Of a stretch of 64,000 bases of DNA, positions 1 to 13,429 are shown piece by piece. Below the pieces are notes generated by a model that saw only the letters and a list, made by a program, of their open reading frames with translations, was not told the origin of the DNA and did not search any database. Numbering within the stretch: position 1 is the first letter of the stretch; each line of letters starts with the position of its first letter. Source of the DNA: Eledone cirrhosa (Eukaryota); the NCBI GenBank assembly GCA_964016885.1, contig OZ024758.1, positions 20,894,001 to 20,958,000 on the forward strand. The letters are read 5' to 3'. A program made the position numbers and the translations under genes.

Positions 1-1835
1 TTGTTCATGCTTACATAAATTGACGATTTCTTTGCTTTATAATGATGATACTTTACACATCCGTCACAGTGCAGTTGTCTTTGAAAATATACAAATATAC
101 ACCATTGTCAAATCATAAGAATATAATTATTTGATGTTTTCTATACGCATTCTATTCTGATATCTATCTTCTCCTCTGTGAGAAATAAAATATTTTGATT
201 TTGCTACTTGTCTTTCATGATGGTTTCCTTTCAACTTTGCACAATAGTCTTCAGCTTTTTATAACGCGTGTAAAAATGATATGTACATTTGCCCCACAAC
301 TATATATCATTTATGCCACCATGTATCAATGTGTGGTGTTTTGAAACCATTTCGAAAATATGTCACTCTCTTGTTTGTGATCTTTTTTATGAAAATGATT
401 GTGACTTAATTGCACATTCTGTTGGAGGTCAGTAAATTAACAAGCGTTATATATTTGTTTATGGGAAGGCATATATATCAGCATTAGCCAGGAAAAGCGA
501 GGTGTAATGTTCCATGTTGTCTGTTGCAATGCCCTCGATCCTTTTGAAAGAACCGAATTGAATATATTAGATAGATGCTATTGCTCTATAGATAATAAAA
601 TGACTAAGGCTTCAAAAAGCAATTCACATATTCAGCTCTCTTGACTCACGTGTCAGGCCTAAATATACCTTCAGCAGTTTAAAAATATTTTCTGTTTAAA
701 TTGATCTCTTGGGGTTTCTACAAGCATCAGGAAAACATTCTGGAGCGCTTCAATTATATATATTTAAGTTATAACTCGATAGTCATCTGCTGTTCCCGGT
801 ATTCCCACAGATATGTGTGTATATAAGTTGTCTTACACCCTAGAAAATACACTCATAAAACACCATAACGCAACCGCTGACACACACTCCTCTGTTCCGC
901 TAAACCAGCCGCCGACCAGTATCCCTATTTTGTAGCAATTTATAGACTGATATAGATATGGGAGATGAATTAAAAGGTAAAATGTTTGAAGTGATGCGGT
1001 GACCTTGGTCTGTATTATTTGTGTGAGTATATGAAGTTTTCCCTATAACAAGTACCCATTTATTTCAACATATTATGCGTTACAGTAGGGCACATTGTTT
1101 ACTATCAGAAACGAATTCGACTGAATCTTGCGCAAAGTATGTGGCTGTTTTAAATTATGTTTCATGCAAAGGAATTCTCTGAAACCCAGATAAGCCCACA
1201 TATTTACGTTCAATAGAAATATCAGCTCGTAAAATAAATATAAAAATGTTTAATATAACTTCAATTCAATGTCGCATGTTAATATTGAGGAATCAGCAAT
1301 GACGACACGTTATATATGATGCAACCGTGTAGAATTGTTGATCTAATTAGGCTTCCTGCCAAGCATTGTGAAATCTTTCTTAGCTGAAAATGACATGCCA
1401 TTCTAAAGGCAGGAAATATTCTCCACCATCATATGTTAAAAAGCATTTGTCGCTGCGACAACTTTATTGCAATTCTGAATAGAAATCACTCACGAATAAA
1501 TCATTGTGTAGTGAGTATTTTGCAAGGTGAGTTAATGCATAAATTATCTTTCTCACAGAGAATCTATTCAGTTATATCTTCTGTTGATTATCTTTCATTG
1601 TTGAACGAGAACATGATTTACGGTTCTATGTGGACTATTTCTGGTTAGCAACAGTAGAAAAATATATGTTCATAAAAGACTATAATTTGGGACACGTTCA
1701 AGAAATTTGGTAAATGTTTCTAGCATATATTCCAGGCATGTTTATTTTATTGATTCTATTCTCACAAAATGTACGTTAATTAAGTTAATTTCTCGGAATA
1801 CGCACGCGCACTTATACAGACACAAATATACATTA

Positions 1836-1908
1836 TTTTTATCAGGTTTCAATTGAAGAGGAAAATCAGGGTGGAGGGAGAAATGCTGTCTTCCAACAAG
1901 TTGGGTGT
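1836..1908 (+). mobile_element. Short fragment of Tx1/L1-like LINE ORF2 C-terminus
   Basis: Translates to FIRFQLKRKIRVEGEMLSSNK, matching FKFHLKRKIRVERQVMLSSK in the LINE remnant at 38170-38765 (shared gaagaggaaaatcagggtggag). Confidence 0.55.
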
Positions 1909-1980
1909 GCAATTTATTTTTTGATTCTTCATTCAGTTCATAGAGTACATCTTGACAAGGAATTACAGACACACTCATAA

Positions 1981-1982
<2 letters not shown>

Positions 1983-2014
<32 letters not shown>

Positions 2015-2290
2015 TATGAGAGAACATATGAGAGAGAATGTGAGAGAGAATGAGAGAGAATGAGAGAAAGAAAGGAAAAAGGAAGGAAGGAAAGATAGAA
2101 ATAAATAAATTAAAGCTAAAATAAAGAAAGGGGGAAAGAGAAAGAGAGGGAGATAATATGAGATAATATATGAGAGATAATGTGAAAGAGAGAGAAATAA
2201 AGGCAGAAGGAAGGAAGGCGGATAGAAAGAAAGAAATTAAAGTTAAAATAAAGAAAGAGGGAAAGAGAGAAAGAGAAAGTGGGGATGAGA
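1983..2290. repeat. GA-rich low-complexity region containing a ~140-bp imperfect duplication
   Basis: (GA)n followed by two copies of gagataatatgaga...gaaggaaggaa...aaattaaag(c/t)taaaataaagaaag. Confidence 0.8.
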
Positions 2291-2678
2291 ATGTGAGTGG
2301 GGGAAGAGTTTGATAGAAAGATATATAAATATATTGAAAATGTTAAACTAGATTTTAAGAGTTACTCATGAATATCCATATTTCAACAAACTCTTTACGA
2401 TCATTTCGATGTTTCAACTGTTTTTGTTTTCAAATCTCTACGCGGTCGTTATAATAATTACGTACATATGTTATATGAGAGCAATCTACTTAAAACCTTT
2501 TACTGAATTTATATAAATTCTTAGGTATTAAATTATAGAAATATTCTATGTAAGACACACATTTAAATCTTCCCCGAATACAATAAAAATATATGCCTCA
2601 GTTAATCTGATTTATATGAATACATTTTTTACCTTTTGTAAAGAGAGAGTTCGAGTAATTTCTCATTTTAATATTCAA

Positions 2679-2738
<60 letters not shown>

Positions 2739-3299
2739 TTGTAGCAGAGTTGCAAATTTTAAGATTGGAGTTTACTATAATATTTTAAATTAACGATCTC
2801 TAATTTATAATATGAACGTCAAGCCTAAGAGGGCATATTATGTAACAGAATGCGCAAACTCTATTATGACTTTATAAAACATGGGATGAAACATGTCAAT
2901 ACATAAAATGTGTTTGCGAGTGGGTTGAAATAAAAGATGTAACCAGCTTGTGCTAATTTGCCTTAAAATTAATTAATTTCCATTTACTGTTAAAGGATCA
3001 TGTATCTTTTACTTTCCATAAGGACACTTTCAATTTTATAGAACTGTTCGCCACAAAAATAATGTACTTAATATGTGCTGTGAAACTATGAAAAACTAAG
3101 TTATTTGCATCTATGTTTTGAAGTCTCGATCAATACGTTATTTTATATAGTTTGATCTATGTTAAATTCGACGTTCAGGACTCAGATCGTTTAGCATAAG
3201 TACTACTTGGTGTGGGGAGTGGCAATCACGGGACAGAGGCTAGCTAACTGTATTGTTGAATCATTTTCCAAGTTGAATCATTTTCCAAACATATATATT

Positions 3300-3600
3300 T
3301 GTGTGAGAGAGAGAGAGATAGTGGGAGAGAGTATAAGGCAATGATGGTGAGAGAGTGATAGTGTGAGAGAGAGAGAGTGGTAGTGAGAGAGAGATATAGT
3401 AAGAGAGAGAGAGAGTGATATTGAGATAAAGAGAATGAGTGAGAGCGTGAGAGAGAGAGAGTGAGTGATATAGAGTGATAGAGTGTGAGAGAGATTGTAA
3501 GTGAGAGAGTGAGTGAGTGAGTGAGTGAGAGAATGAGAGAGAATGAGAGACAGAGAGATTGAGTGAGCGAGTGAGCTAGTGAGTCAGTGTATATGTATAT
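3300..3600. repeat. Degenerate (GA/GAGT)n microsatellite
   Basis: Read directly from the sequence. Confidence 0.9.
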
Positions 3601-4179
3601 GTGTGTTTTTATGCGTTCCTGTGTACGTGTGTGCATGTCTGTTGCTGGTATTGCCACAGCATGTATTATACAAACTAAATGTACAACTAAGTGCACAACG
3701 ATGAACTAACATAGAACATTCTGGTTAAAATAACGTGTAGATCTGACAACCATAGCAAAAAATTGAACTTGTTTGTCATGGATATATATGAGACACGTTT
3801 CGTGGGAGTATTCAATGAAATGAAATAAATTTTTACGATAAATGGTAAATATGAAGTGAGAAATATATAACCCGAGATTGAAATGAACATAGTACACTAT
3901 TCATAAAATATATCAAAGCAGACAAAATACAATATATTTGATTTAGTAATCTACATTCTGGGTATTTGTATGTCTTCAAATAAATATAAATTTGCCTGCT
4001 GGCCGGCATCATTCTTAGAAGTATTGCTTTGATTCAGCTATGATCTTTTAGTAAATCAGATAATTATAATACATAAGATTCGAATGTGGAAAATATGAAT
4101 AAACTGAAATGGAAAAGTATAGAGGGGGTAAATATATAACGAATTAGTTGAGCGTAAAATATGAATATTTATGTATATA

Positions 4180-4217
<38 letters not shown>

Positions 4218-4527
4218 AGATTTGAATGGATACAGTTTAGTTGAAAGGAATTTATTGACACGTGTTTCTATAGCAGTTACATAACCTAAAACAGCTATCT
4301 ACAAACTTTTAGTTATGCAGACATTCAATATTTCAATGTTATTATTTACTGTCATTTCATCAGAATAATATTACTGAGGACCTATTTAGTTTTTATAGAG
4401 AATATTAGGAGGGAGGGGTGAAGTTGTTAGAAGAATAGTTGAAGGAGTGGTTTTTCGATAGCAGTGAGAATTCTTGGTGGCAGTGAGTAATTAGATTCCC
4501 ATCTGTTGTTTTGACATTTTTTATAGA

Positions 4528-4532
<5 letters not shown>

Positions 4533-4598
<66 letters not shown>

Positions 4599-4717
4599 TA
4601 TTATATATATATATTATATATTTATATATATTATATATATATATATATATACATGTGTGTGTATGTATGTACGTGTGTATGTATGTGTATAATTTATATA
4701 TGTATATATATATATGA

Positions 4718-4786
<69 letters not shown>

Positions 4787-4790
4787 CACA
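4533..4790. repeat. (TA)n microsatellite (representative of dozens of TA tracts in the window)
   Basis: Read directly. Other large tracts lie at about 6166-6497, 19380-19740, 26083-26680, 41900-42210, 56972-57340, 57820-57975, 58388-58545 and 59325-60000. Confidence 0.97.
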
Positions 4791-5092
4791 TCCGTATATG
4801 AATGTCTGCGAGCGCAAGTAATGATGTATCATGTTGAGTATTCAGGAGCCTCTAGCAGTGTGTTTTATAACTAGAATTTATTTTTTTATCAACCATAACA
4901 ATTATAGTGAAATTAATTATTCCATTACAAATCCACACAACCCACTCACTCATACGCAACCACATTCAACACGTGACTGCGGAGATACACACAGACGTAC
5001 GCCAAATCAAAGGGTGACAATCTAATGCGCATCAGAAACTAGGAACATATGAGTTGAGAGAAATAGATAACATAAAAAATCGGTTATTGTTC

Positions 5093-5230
5093 CTGGTACT
5101 TTATTTTATCGACCCCGTAAGGATGAAAGGCAAAGTTAACCTCGGCGGTATTTGAAATCACTTCGTAAAGGAACGTAACTCTATGCTGGAAAGCATGTCG
5201 TCCAACTCTCTACCGATACTGCCAATCCGC
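5093..5230 (-). mobile_element. tRNA-derived SINE (family A), 3'-truncated
   Basis: Reverse complement carries A-box-like tggcagtatcggta, a degenerate B box and the central gcctttcatccttacggggtcgataaaataaagtaccag shared by about 20 copies (Meta/MESC-like core, by recognition). Confidence 0.9.
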
Positions 5231-6183
5231 ATAGTGAGGCGAGGAATGGAAACTACACATGTATGGGCATATAACATCTTTTACCAGAAAGATATTGAAT
5301 CTATGTCACTGTTTAAAGCACAAATTTCTCGATCTGACCCAAACCTTTTCATATCCCTATCCATATAAATATTATTGAAAGCATTGTACAGTATTTATTT
5401 CATACAGTTAAACCTGTCATGTTATCATAATATTTATAATTGTCTAGTCATATTGTTTTTCCACGACATTTCTTAAAGTCTTGTGTGTATAATTAAATGT
5501 TCCTTGATGTTATATATGATATGATAATAAAGGTATTCTCACCGAATTCATTTAAACATGGTCGTTTAAATTCTATTGTTTAGTATTATCAAAATATGTC
5601 TTCTAATATTCTCATCTTGTCCTCAAAATCCTATCTCTATAATACTTCTTTAACTGAATGCTGTACATTTACATAGCATGCAATTTATAGAACTTCGATG
5701 TTGGCATCATATTCTATAAGAGTGACGTGCATTATAATTATATCTGAATGTGTACATATTTGTACATGAGAATATGCATATGCGTGAGCTTATTTGCATT
5801 AGCATGTTTTTAGCTTATTTCACAATACCATAAATGATTGCATTGTTATTCCTTTCACATGACACGTATTAATCGACAGGTTAATTTTATTAGCTATTGT
5901 TGAATTCTCATCACACACACACACACATATATATATATATACACACACATATACAAAGAATAAGTTACACAATCAACTTTCACATATAAGCATACAGAAA
6001 GGCTTGACTTTTAAAGTGTCCGCCAAATTATTCATAAAATACTTCAAAAATTTGCATTTCCTTTAAAAATAAATCAAACTTGTTTTAGAATTGAAATCCT
6101 TTGTGATGAATGCAAATTCGAATTAAATTTTCAACTGAATAAATTCATAAAGAAATATAAAATACTATATATATATATATATA

Positions 6184-6252
<69 letters not shown>

Positions 6253-6275
6253 GTATACTATATATATACAGATAC

Positions 6276-6361
<86 letters not shown>

Positions 6362-6384
6362 GTATACTATATATATACAGATAC

Positions 6385-6500
<116 letters not shown>

Positions 6501-6914
6501 AAAAGGTAAACACAAATAAGACCACAATCGGTACAGAATATGGAAGGTATATATATATGAATGAAAGAATGAATAAGACATATATACTTTCAAAATAAAT
6601 GATTTTAAACATAGTTGTAATTATAAATGTGGTGCACACACCAATCCATGGAGGTACACGTTAATGTGTAAATATGTATTAGAACTGACTGAATAAAACA
6701 AATATTAAATGTAATGATGAAATTAATAAGATTTTGGTCTCAGCTGTTTTAGTTTAATATCATAATCTTCCTTTTCGTCGTCGCTTTCTTAATTACCAGC
6801 ACCAACATCATCACCATTATCATCTTCATCATAATCTTCACCATCTTCGTCATCATCATTATCATAATCATCAACATCATACCAGAGTTTCCATGCATAT
6901 TCAATTATTATGAT

Positions 6915-7103
6915 CGGTTGATTGGCAGTATCGGTGGAGGCTCGGATGCCATGCTTTCACGCATATAGTTACGACCCTTGCCATTCTGAGTTAAAATCCC
7001 GCCGAGATTAACATTGCCTTTCATCCTTACAGGGTCGATAAAATAAAGTACCAGTAATGCACTGGGTGATTGCTGACCGTGTGCCAAATGTAGAAACAAT
7101 TAT
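6915..7103 (+). mobile_element. SINE family A, near full length
   Basis: A box, B box, core and tail ...tagaaacaattat; imperfect TSD caattattat(g/a)atc. Confidence 0.92.
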
Positions 7104-7239
7104 TATAATCATTACAAATACTATCAGATGCTTCATAAGTAACTAGTCAATAATAGAACATTATAAACACCATTGCAGCTTTAATAATCGTCATACTTCC
7201 GAATCTAGTTATATTATAGCTATTTAAAATACGCTACTT

Positions 7240-7308
7240 CGTAAGGATGAAAGGCAAAGCTAACCTCGGTGGAATCTGAACTCAGGGCGGAAGGGACGTG
7301 ACTGTATG
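7240..7308 (-). mobile_element. SINE family A fragment
   Basis: gtaaggatgaaaggcaaagctaacctcgg...gaactcag. Confidence 0.85.
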
Positions 7309-8116
7309 AACTTCTAGAGATAATAACAATATAATATGCAAACTGAGGTATCGTAGATTGTGTAGAAATAGAGAGAACTTTCGTTATCAACAAGATTACA
7401 AAACAATATATATATATACCGTAGCTAATTTAATCCTAAAGAAAATGTGTATCCTTCAGATCTACTAAAGCCGAATCCCAACAATATGGATATAAATATA
7501 CAACGACATAAAAAATCCGAAATAATTATCGCAATACTTATAGATATTTATAAGAAGATCAAATTGAAAACGAAACAGACAAAACTTTTACATTGATAGA
7601 AGATATTGAAAAACTGAACACAATATCTGATACATGAAATTCTTACTGAATTTCCAATACTTAGTCGTCAGGATAAACGACAACATATATTTCATCATAA
7701 CATTCATTCCATTCCAACACCAAGGGCATTTTATCAATAACCAACTGCCACTTCAATGAAACGAGCAACATCAACAGAAAACAATTGAAGTCTCTCTGGT
7801 GTTGCATATAAACAGCTAAGTGGTTTTATAAAATGATAATTCTGGTAATGGAAATGGTGTGAGTGATCGTATGATCTCCGATATTCGCCAGAAATATACA
7901 TAAGCACCGAAATTTAGACAATAGAAAATGGTTGAATACCACCTTTCTGGTTTTGAATACCACCTTTCTAGATTTAATAAGTTCCCATAAAGTGGAGCAA
8001 ATGAACTATTGAAAGAGCTTTGAAGGAACTTACATTGGTCACTGAGTTGATATCTAAAACTAAAGAATTAGGACACAATCAGAACTAGACCTACAGTTAG
8101 CAAAGTTCCAACTGCA

Positions 8117-8304
8117 ATAATTGTTTCTATTTTAGGGAAGAGGCCAGCAATCACCCAGTACATTACTGGTACTTTATTTTATCGACCCCGTAAGGATGAA
8201 AGGCAAAGTTAATCTCGGCGGGATTTTAACTCAGATCATAAAGGGACGTAACTCTATGCTTCAAAGCATGGTGTCCGACTCTCTATCGATACTGCCAATC
8301 CACC
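8117..8304 (-). mobile_element. SINE family A with 14-bp TSD
   Basis: Full SINE; ccaactgcaataat at 8108-8121 and 8314-8327. Confidence 0.93.
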
Positions 8305-8548
8305 ATTATATAACCAACTGCAATAATGACACCCACAAATAATTAGATGTAGAATACCAAACGATTTGTAGAGATCTATAATGAAGACCTATAAATCTAC
8401 TGGTAAAGATCTTATATTGACAAACGGTGGCTACATAACACACGAAAATGCTATACAAAGAGAATGGGTTGACAATCTAAAGGAATTTGACTGAGGTTTC
8501 AAATCAGGAAAATCATTTTATTTCTACCCATATTTGTCTATATATATA

Positions 8549-8624
<76 letters not shown>

Positions 8625-8631
8625 GGTGTCC

Positions 8632-8669
<38 letters not shown>

Positions 8670-8729
8670 ACCACTGAATCCCGACAGAAAATCAACTAGG
8701 CATCTCATATGTATATATATATATATATG

Positions 8730-9021
8730 TGAAGTAATTCCGTCGGAAAAGTCCAGGAAAAAAGAGTGCTCTATGTAGGTAACAGAGCTTAATAGTTATG
8801 TAATAAACAACATAAGGCATTTATTCTATTTTTCCTTATTTTATTTTTCCTTTCCTTCTTCCTTCTCCAGCCTCACTTTCATATAGATTGCATTTTTATT
8901 TTTGAAATCCAAATTCAAGAAACAGACCAGGATTTTTTTCATTCTGAGGATTGAAAGCAACATTTTTTGCTTTTAAGAAACCACTGGTAAATGGAATAAT
9001 TGCCTTATGTTGTTTATTACA

Positions 9022-9027
<6 letters not shown>
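8730..9027 (+). mobile_element. HHR-bearing mini-element with inverted terminal copy, between (TA)n tracts (Penelope-like end)
   Basis: Inverted repeat 8794-8827 / 8994-9027; HHR at 8938-8995; TA tracts on both sides. Confidence 0.75.
8938..8995 (+). ncRNA. Type I hammerhead ribozyme motif
   Basis: ttcatt-CTGAGGA-ttgaaagcaa/ttgcttttaa (10-bp stem II)-GAAA-cca c tgg-TA-aatgga. Stems I-III all pair; predicted GUA cleavage after 8989. Confidence 0.8.
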
Positions 9028-9082
<55 letters not shown>

Positions 9083-10450
9083 GTGGGTTATATTGCTCTA
9101 TGAAAGTAAAACATAGCTATATCAGGTTTAACCAAATAAGTGTGTGATTCTTGTGAGAATAGCACCAAAAGAAAGAGAAAATCAAAGAGGATAAAACAAA
9201 GTATTCTGATGTATAACAACATTTCACTCAAGAACAACGCTGCATATAAGGAAAACAATACACGCCCACCGTAGTTTTATGGAATGTCTTACTATGATCA
9301 GGATACAGAGTACATATAACTAAATACGACATTCAGTCTTTTCTCATACATTTTCCTTCTAGTATAAAGGCTCCCTTCTATTGCCAAAGGCTAATAAAAT
9401 AAAACGTGAACGGCTGAAGATCAAAGACAATTTTCTAGAGGTGTTACACGCATTATTAACATCTATTTCATGCCTAATAGACATGATCTATGACATCCGG
9501 AGAAAAAAATCGATATATATTAGGGAATGTTTACATATTCATAATAATAAAATAGCCTCAGAAACAGGAATATTCATCCAGAAAATAAACTATGAAATGA
9601 AACAAAACAGCAGAACACACACAAAATATGTCATTTCCCAGTAGCCAATAAACCGAACACTACTGAGCCATGAACACACAAAACCCATCGCATTTTTGCA
9701 ACTCAGAGAACACAACACAAAGAATGGCCATACATGATACACGCAAATAAATCATGCAAACACAAAGTTCCTTCACACCCATAACAAACAATAAATATAT
9801 TAAAACCGCATAATTCACAACATACTGCAGATTATCAAACGAATATTTTACCCTAAAAAAATGAAATTGAAAGTTACATTAACGAAATCAATAATCTTGG
9901 ATAAATGGTAATACTTTTCCCAGCTGATGTTAAGCAAACATACACAGAACACAATAAGTAAAAGTATCGTAAACATTACCTTACTTCTCCAGTATCGTTA
10001 GCAATACCTGGGAACATAGGCGCAATATATTACAACATTATGATGTATTTCACGCATATAGATCGGAGGACAGAAGGCGAAATACAATATATAATACAGA
10101 ATTGACGGGAAGAGAGAATACACTTACTTACCCAGTTATAAGTGAAATGTGACATCGACAGTAGAGAAAATAAAATAAAGAATATGAATAATTAATAATA
10201 TGTTTCCTGAAGTTGAATAATATTTGTCTGAAACTCGGAAACCGTCTGGCTATACAACAATGAAGAGGTATAGGGAAATACTATTTAAAACATGGGTAAA
10301 CTACAACAGATGAAAATATCAGCCAGAGAATTATGAAGAAAGAGAAAGAGTAAGAATTTCAAATTCGAAATCGGAAGCAAATATAACGCCGGCCGCGTTC
10401 ATAACTATGCGTATTTAGCAGTTTAATTGCTTACACAATACCGGTATATG

Positions 10451-10480
<30 letters not shown>

Positions 10481-10482
<2 letters not shown>

Positions 10483-12512
10483 TTATTAAAATAACAGATT
10501 AAAGTTTAAGCAAACAGTCGCTGCTTTCACCCTTAACGGGATCTTCTGAAATTGACAAAGTCAATCTGTGAACGCAGAAGTGAATATTTCAAAAATCGTT
10601 GCAACCGGAGGAAGACAGGAAGACGATACTTTGGTTCGTAGAAACGTTCCCTGGCAAAGAACGGGGAAAAACGAATATAATACGTCATTATTTTGAGCGT
10701 TGAAAAACAATTACACGCAAAGACAAAACCACGTTTATGGTATAAAAGAAGATGTAGACTAATATTAGGTGATTCATAGAGACGTTCTCTGGCAATGAAC
10801 GAAAAAAACGAAGATAATACGTCATATGTGGGGCGGGGAGAACAATTGCACGCAAAGACAAAACCACGTAGTTAGTATCAACTGTAATTGTAGGAATCGG
10901 GTTCACTGCCCCCTATCCGGGTAATGCCTCGCTAGTACCATTGTCTACAAATGTAAGGTTGAAACACCCACGTCCGGTAGGGCCTACATAGAGTTAACCG
11001 CCAATAGATTCAAGCAGCGTCTTTACATGCATACCCTTTCTTTTCGTTACCCTTTAAGAAGGAATAATACGTCACTTTCAGCTTATATCTGGAGTCTAAA
11101 AGACAACCACACCCAATATAATTTACAGTGGGAGATCCTAGCTAGGGCTAGATCGTATAACGGAAATAAAAGACCATGTGACCTCTGCTGAGGCCCTGGA
11201 AATACTCTACGCCAAAGACCATATCTTAAACAAAAAATTTGAGGCATTTTCGACTTGTAAACATAAGTTGCACAAAACTTTCCTGTATTACAGCCCCACA
11301 TTATACCCTAACGGATAGTACGCACTATACGCGGATATTTTATGTCTTGATGTGGTAGCTAAGTATATGTTATGTTTATACCATTACTTATTTGTATAGG
11401 TAAGTATATATTACCTGTATGTTTTGTGTAGGTACGTATACTTTCTCGTAGGTATATTTGATTGAATATGTTATCGCGTAAATATTATATATTCTGGTAC
11501 ATATGCTTTGGTTATGTGTATACGGGAGTTTTGCGTATCTGTGTGTATGCGGGTTCGTACGAATGTAGGGTGTGTGTATATGTGTATTTTGTGTTTTGGT
11601 GACGTACGTCTCCGAACATATGTATATTTACATATAGGTATGTGTGCGCTTGTTATATACGTATTTATTTATATACGTTTATTTAATTATATATATACAC
11701 GCACACACACACATATATATATATATATTTTTTTTTTTACATATATGTTTATGTGTATTTGGAGTATACGTTCGTATGCGTGCGGGTACAGGCGTTGCGT
11801 GGCTTCTGTATGTGCGTGCGGGATTTTTTTGTGTGTTTGTGTACGTGCGTGTATTTGTATACATATGGCGAGTGTTTTCGCGTATGCTTGTGTATGTACG
11901 TATATGGATGCGTGTATGTATTTATTTAATTTTTATTACCTCTGTATTTTATTTACTTTATTCTTAACTCTGAAGCCGAAAATCATTCGGTTTCCTAGTC
12001 AGAATTTTAGTCTACGACTTCAGTTATACCATTTACGTGGTTTTGTCTTTGCGTGCAATTGTTCCCCCCGCTCCACATTTGACGTATTATCTTCGTTTTT
12101 TCCGTTCATTGCCAGAGAACGTCTCTATGAACCACCTAATATAATATTAGTCTACGACTTCTTTTATAACATAAACGTGGTTTTGTCTTTGCGTGTAATT
12201 GTTTTTCACCGCTACAAATAATGACGTATTATATTCGTTTTTCCAGTTCTTTGCCAAGGAACGTTTCCACGAACCAAAGGATCGTCTTCCTTTCTTCCTC
12301 CGGTTGCAACGTTTTTTGAAATATTCACTTCTGATTTCACAGATTGACTTTGTTAGTTTCAGAAGATCCCGTTAAGGGTGAAAGCATCGATTCTTTGCTT
12401 AAACTTTAATCTGTTATTTTAATAAATATTTGCTCTACGGTTCTTATATATTTTATATATATTTATCCTTATCGAGCCCTCTTTGGATTTTAGTCTTCAA
12501 ATTTATTATTAT

Positions 12513-12515
<3 letters not shown>
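10481..12515 (+). mobile_element. 5'-truncated Penelope-like element (Naiad-type) with inverted pLTR
   Basis: GIY-YIG remnant at 10880-11318; ~390-bp inverted repeats 10481-10870 / 12034-12428; HHR-like CAGAAGA-tccc/gggt-GAAA at 12360-12383; ~85-bp tail; (TA)n on both sides. Confidence 0.85.
10880..11318 (+). pseudogene. Disrupted Penelope GIY-YIG endonuclease (Naiad-like)
   Basis: NCNCRNRVHCPLSG*CLASTIVYKCKVETPTSGRAYIELTANRFKQRLYMHTLSF...TSLSAYIWSLKD...WEILARARSY...CDLC/frameshift/EALEILYAKDHILNKKFEAFSTCKH. Confidence 0.85.
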
Positions 12516-12592
<77 letters not shown>

Positions 12593-13109
12593 ATGTCTAT
12601 ATATGTATGTGTGTGTATTTGTGTATGTGTGTGTGTACATGACCATATTTACTTTTATTATCGGATGTGCTGGGATGAGAAATAAAATTTAATTACATAT
12701 ATATATATATATAATCCTATTATTTTCTTAAAGTATATAACCAGTTTTGTCATGGTTTTGAAATATTGTTTTGTGGATTCTACTGAAACAATATTAAATG
12801 CCTTATGCTAAATTCCCAATACTTAATGCGAAAACCTACAAAAAACAACATGATAAGACTCGACCAATAAATACGCATAAAATGTTTAATAGAATATATA
12901 TTCAGCTGGAAACCTTCTCCTTAAAACCTAAAGAGAAATAAGGTCGTGATTAGATGTATTTAAGGCGAAAATTAAAGGAAACTATATAGGCTGGTCAGCA
13001 AAATGCTTCTACAGAACATACTTCAATCTCCATTTTGGTCGAGAACATGTGTATATCAACACCAACATGTTGGCACATAGAGTTATATTTTAGAACGAGC
13101 ACTAACTGT

Positions 13110-13429
13110 ATAATTGTTTCTACTTTTGGCACATGGCCAGCAATTACCCAGAACATTACTGGTACTTTATTTTATCGACCCCGTAAGGATGAAAGGCAAA
13201 GTTAACCTCGGCGGGATTTGAACTCAGAACAAGCACTAACTGTATAATTGTTTATACTTTTTGACACAAGGCCAGCAATTAACCAGTGTATTACTGGTAC
13301 TTTATTTTATAGACCCCGTTAGGATGAAAGGCAAAGTTAACCTCGGCGGGATTTGAACTCAGACCGTAAAGGGACGTAATTCTATGCTTCAAAGCATGGG
13401 GTCCGACTCTCTACCGATAATGCCAATCC
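13110..13429 (-). mobile_element. Two tandem SINE family A copies (one 5'-truncated) sharing a duplicated flank
   Basis: agaac(g/a)agcactaactgtataattg occurs at 13092 and 13226, each followed by SINE sequence. Confidence 0.9.

Noticed and set aside
4405-4520. Jockey/CR1-like ORF2 linker fragment (KTTDGNLIT...FTPPS, minus strand)
   Set aside because: Too short and degenerate to call.
6915-7010. tRNA genes at SINE heads
   Set aside because: A and B boxes are present, but there is no cloverleaf, and each head is fused to the same SINE core and tail.
9080-9600. Possible old GIY-YIG remnant (GLY...YIR; RECLHIHNN...ETG)
   Set aside because: Motifs are too decayed, and spacing cannot be verified by eye.
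11187-11192. TGA right after CDLC in the Naiad-like remnant as possible selenocysteine
   Set aside because: It does not replace a conserved Cys, and homology resumes in another frame (EALEIL), indicating a small deletion.
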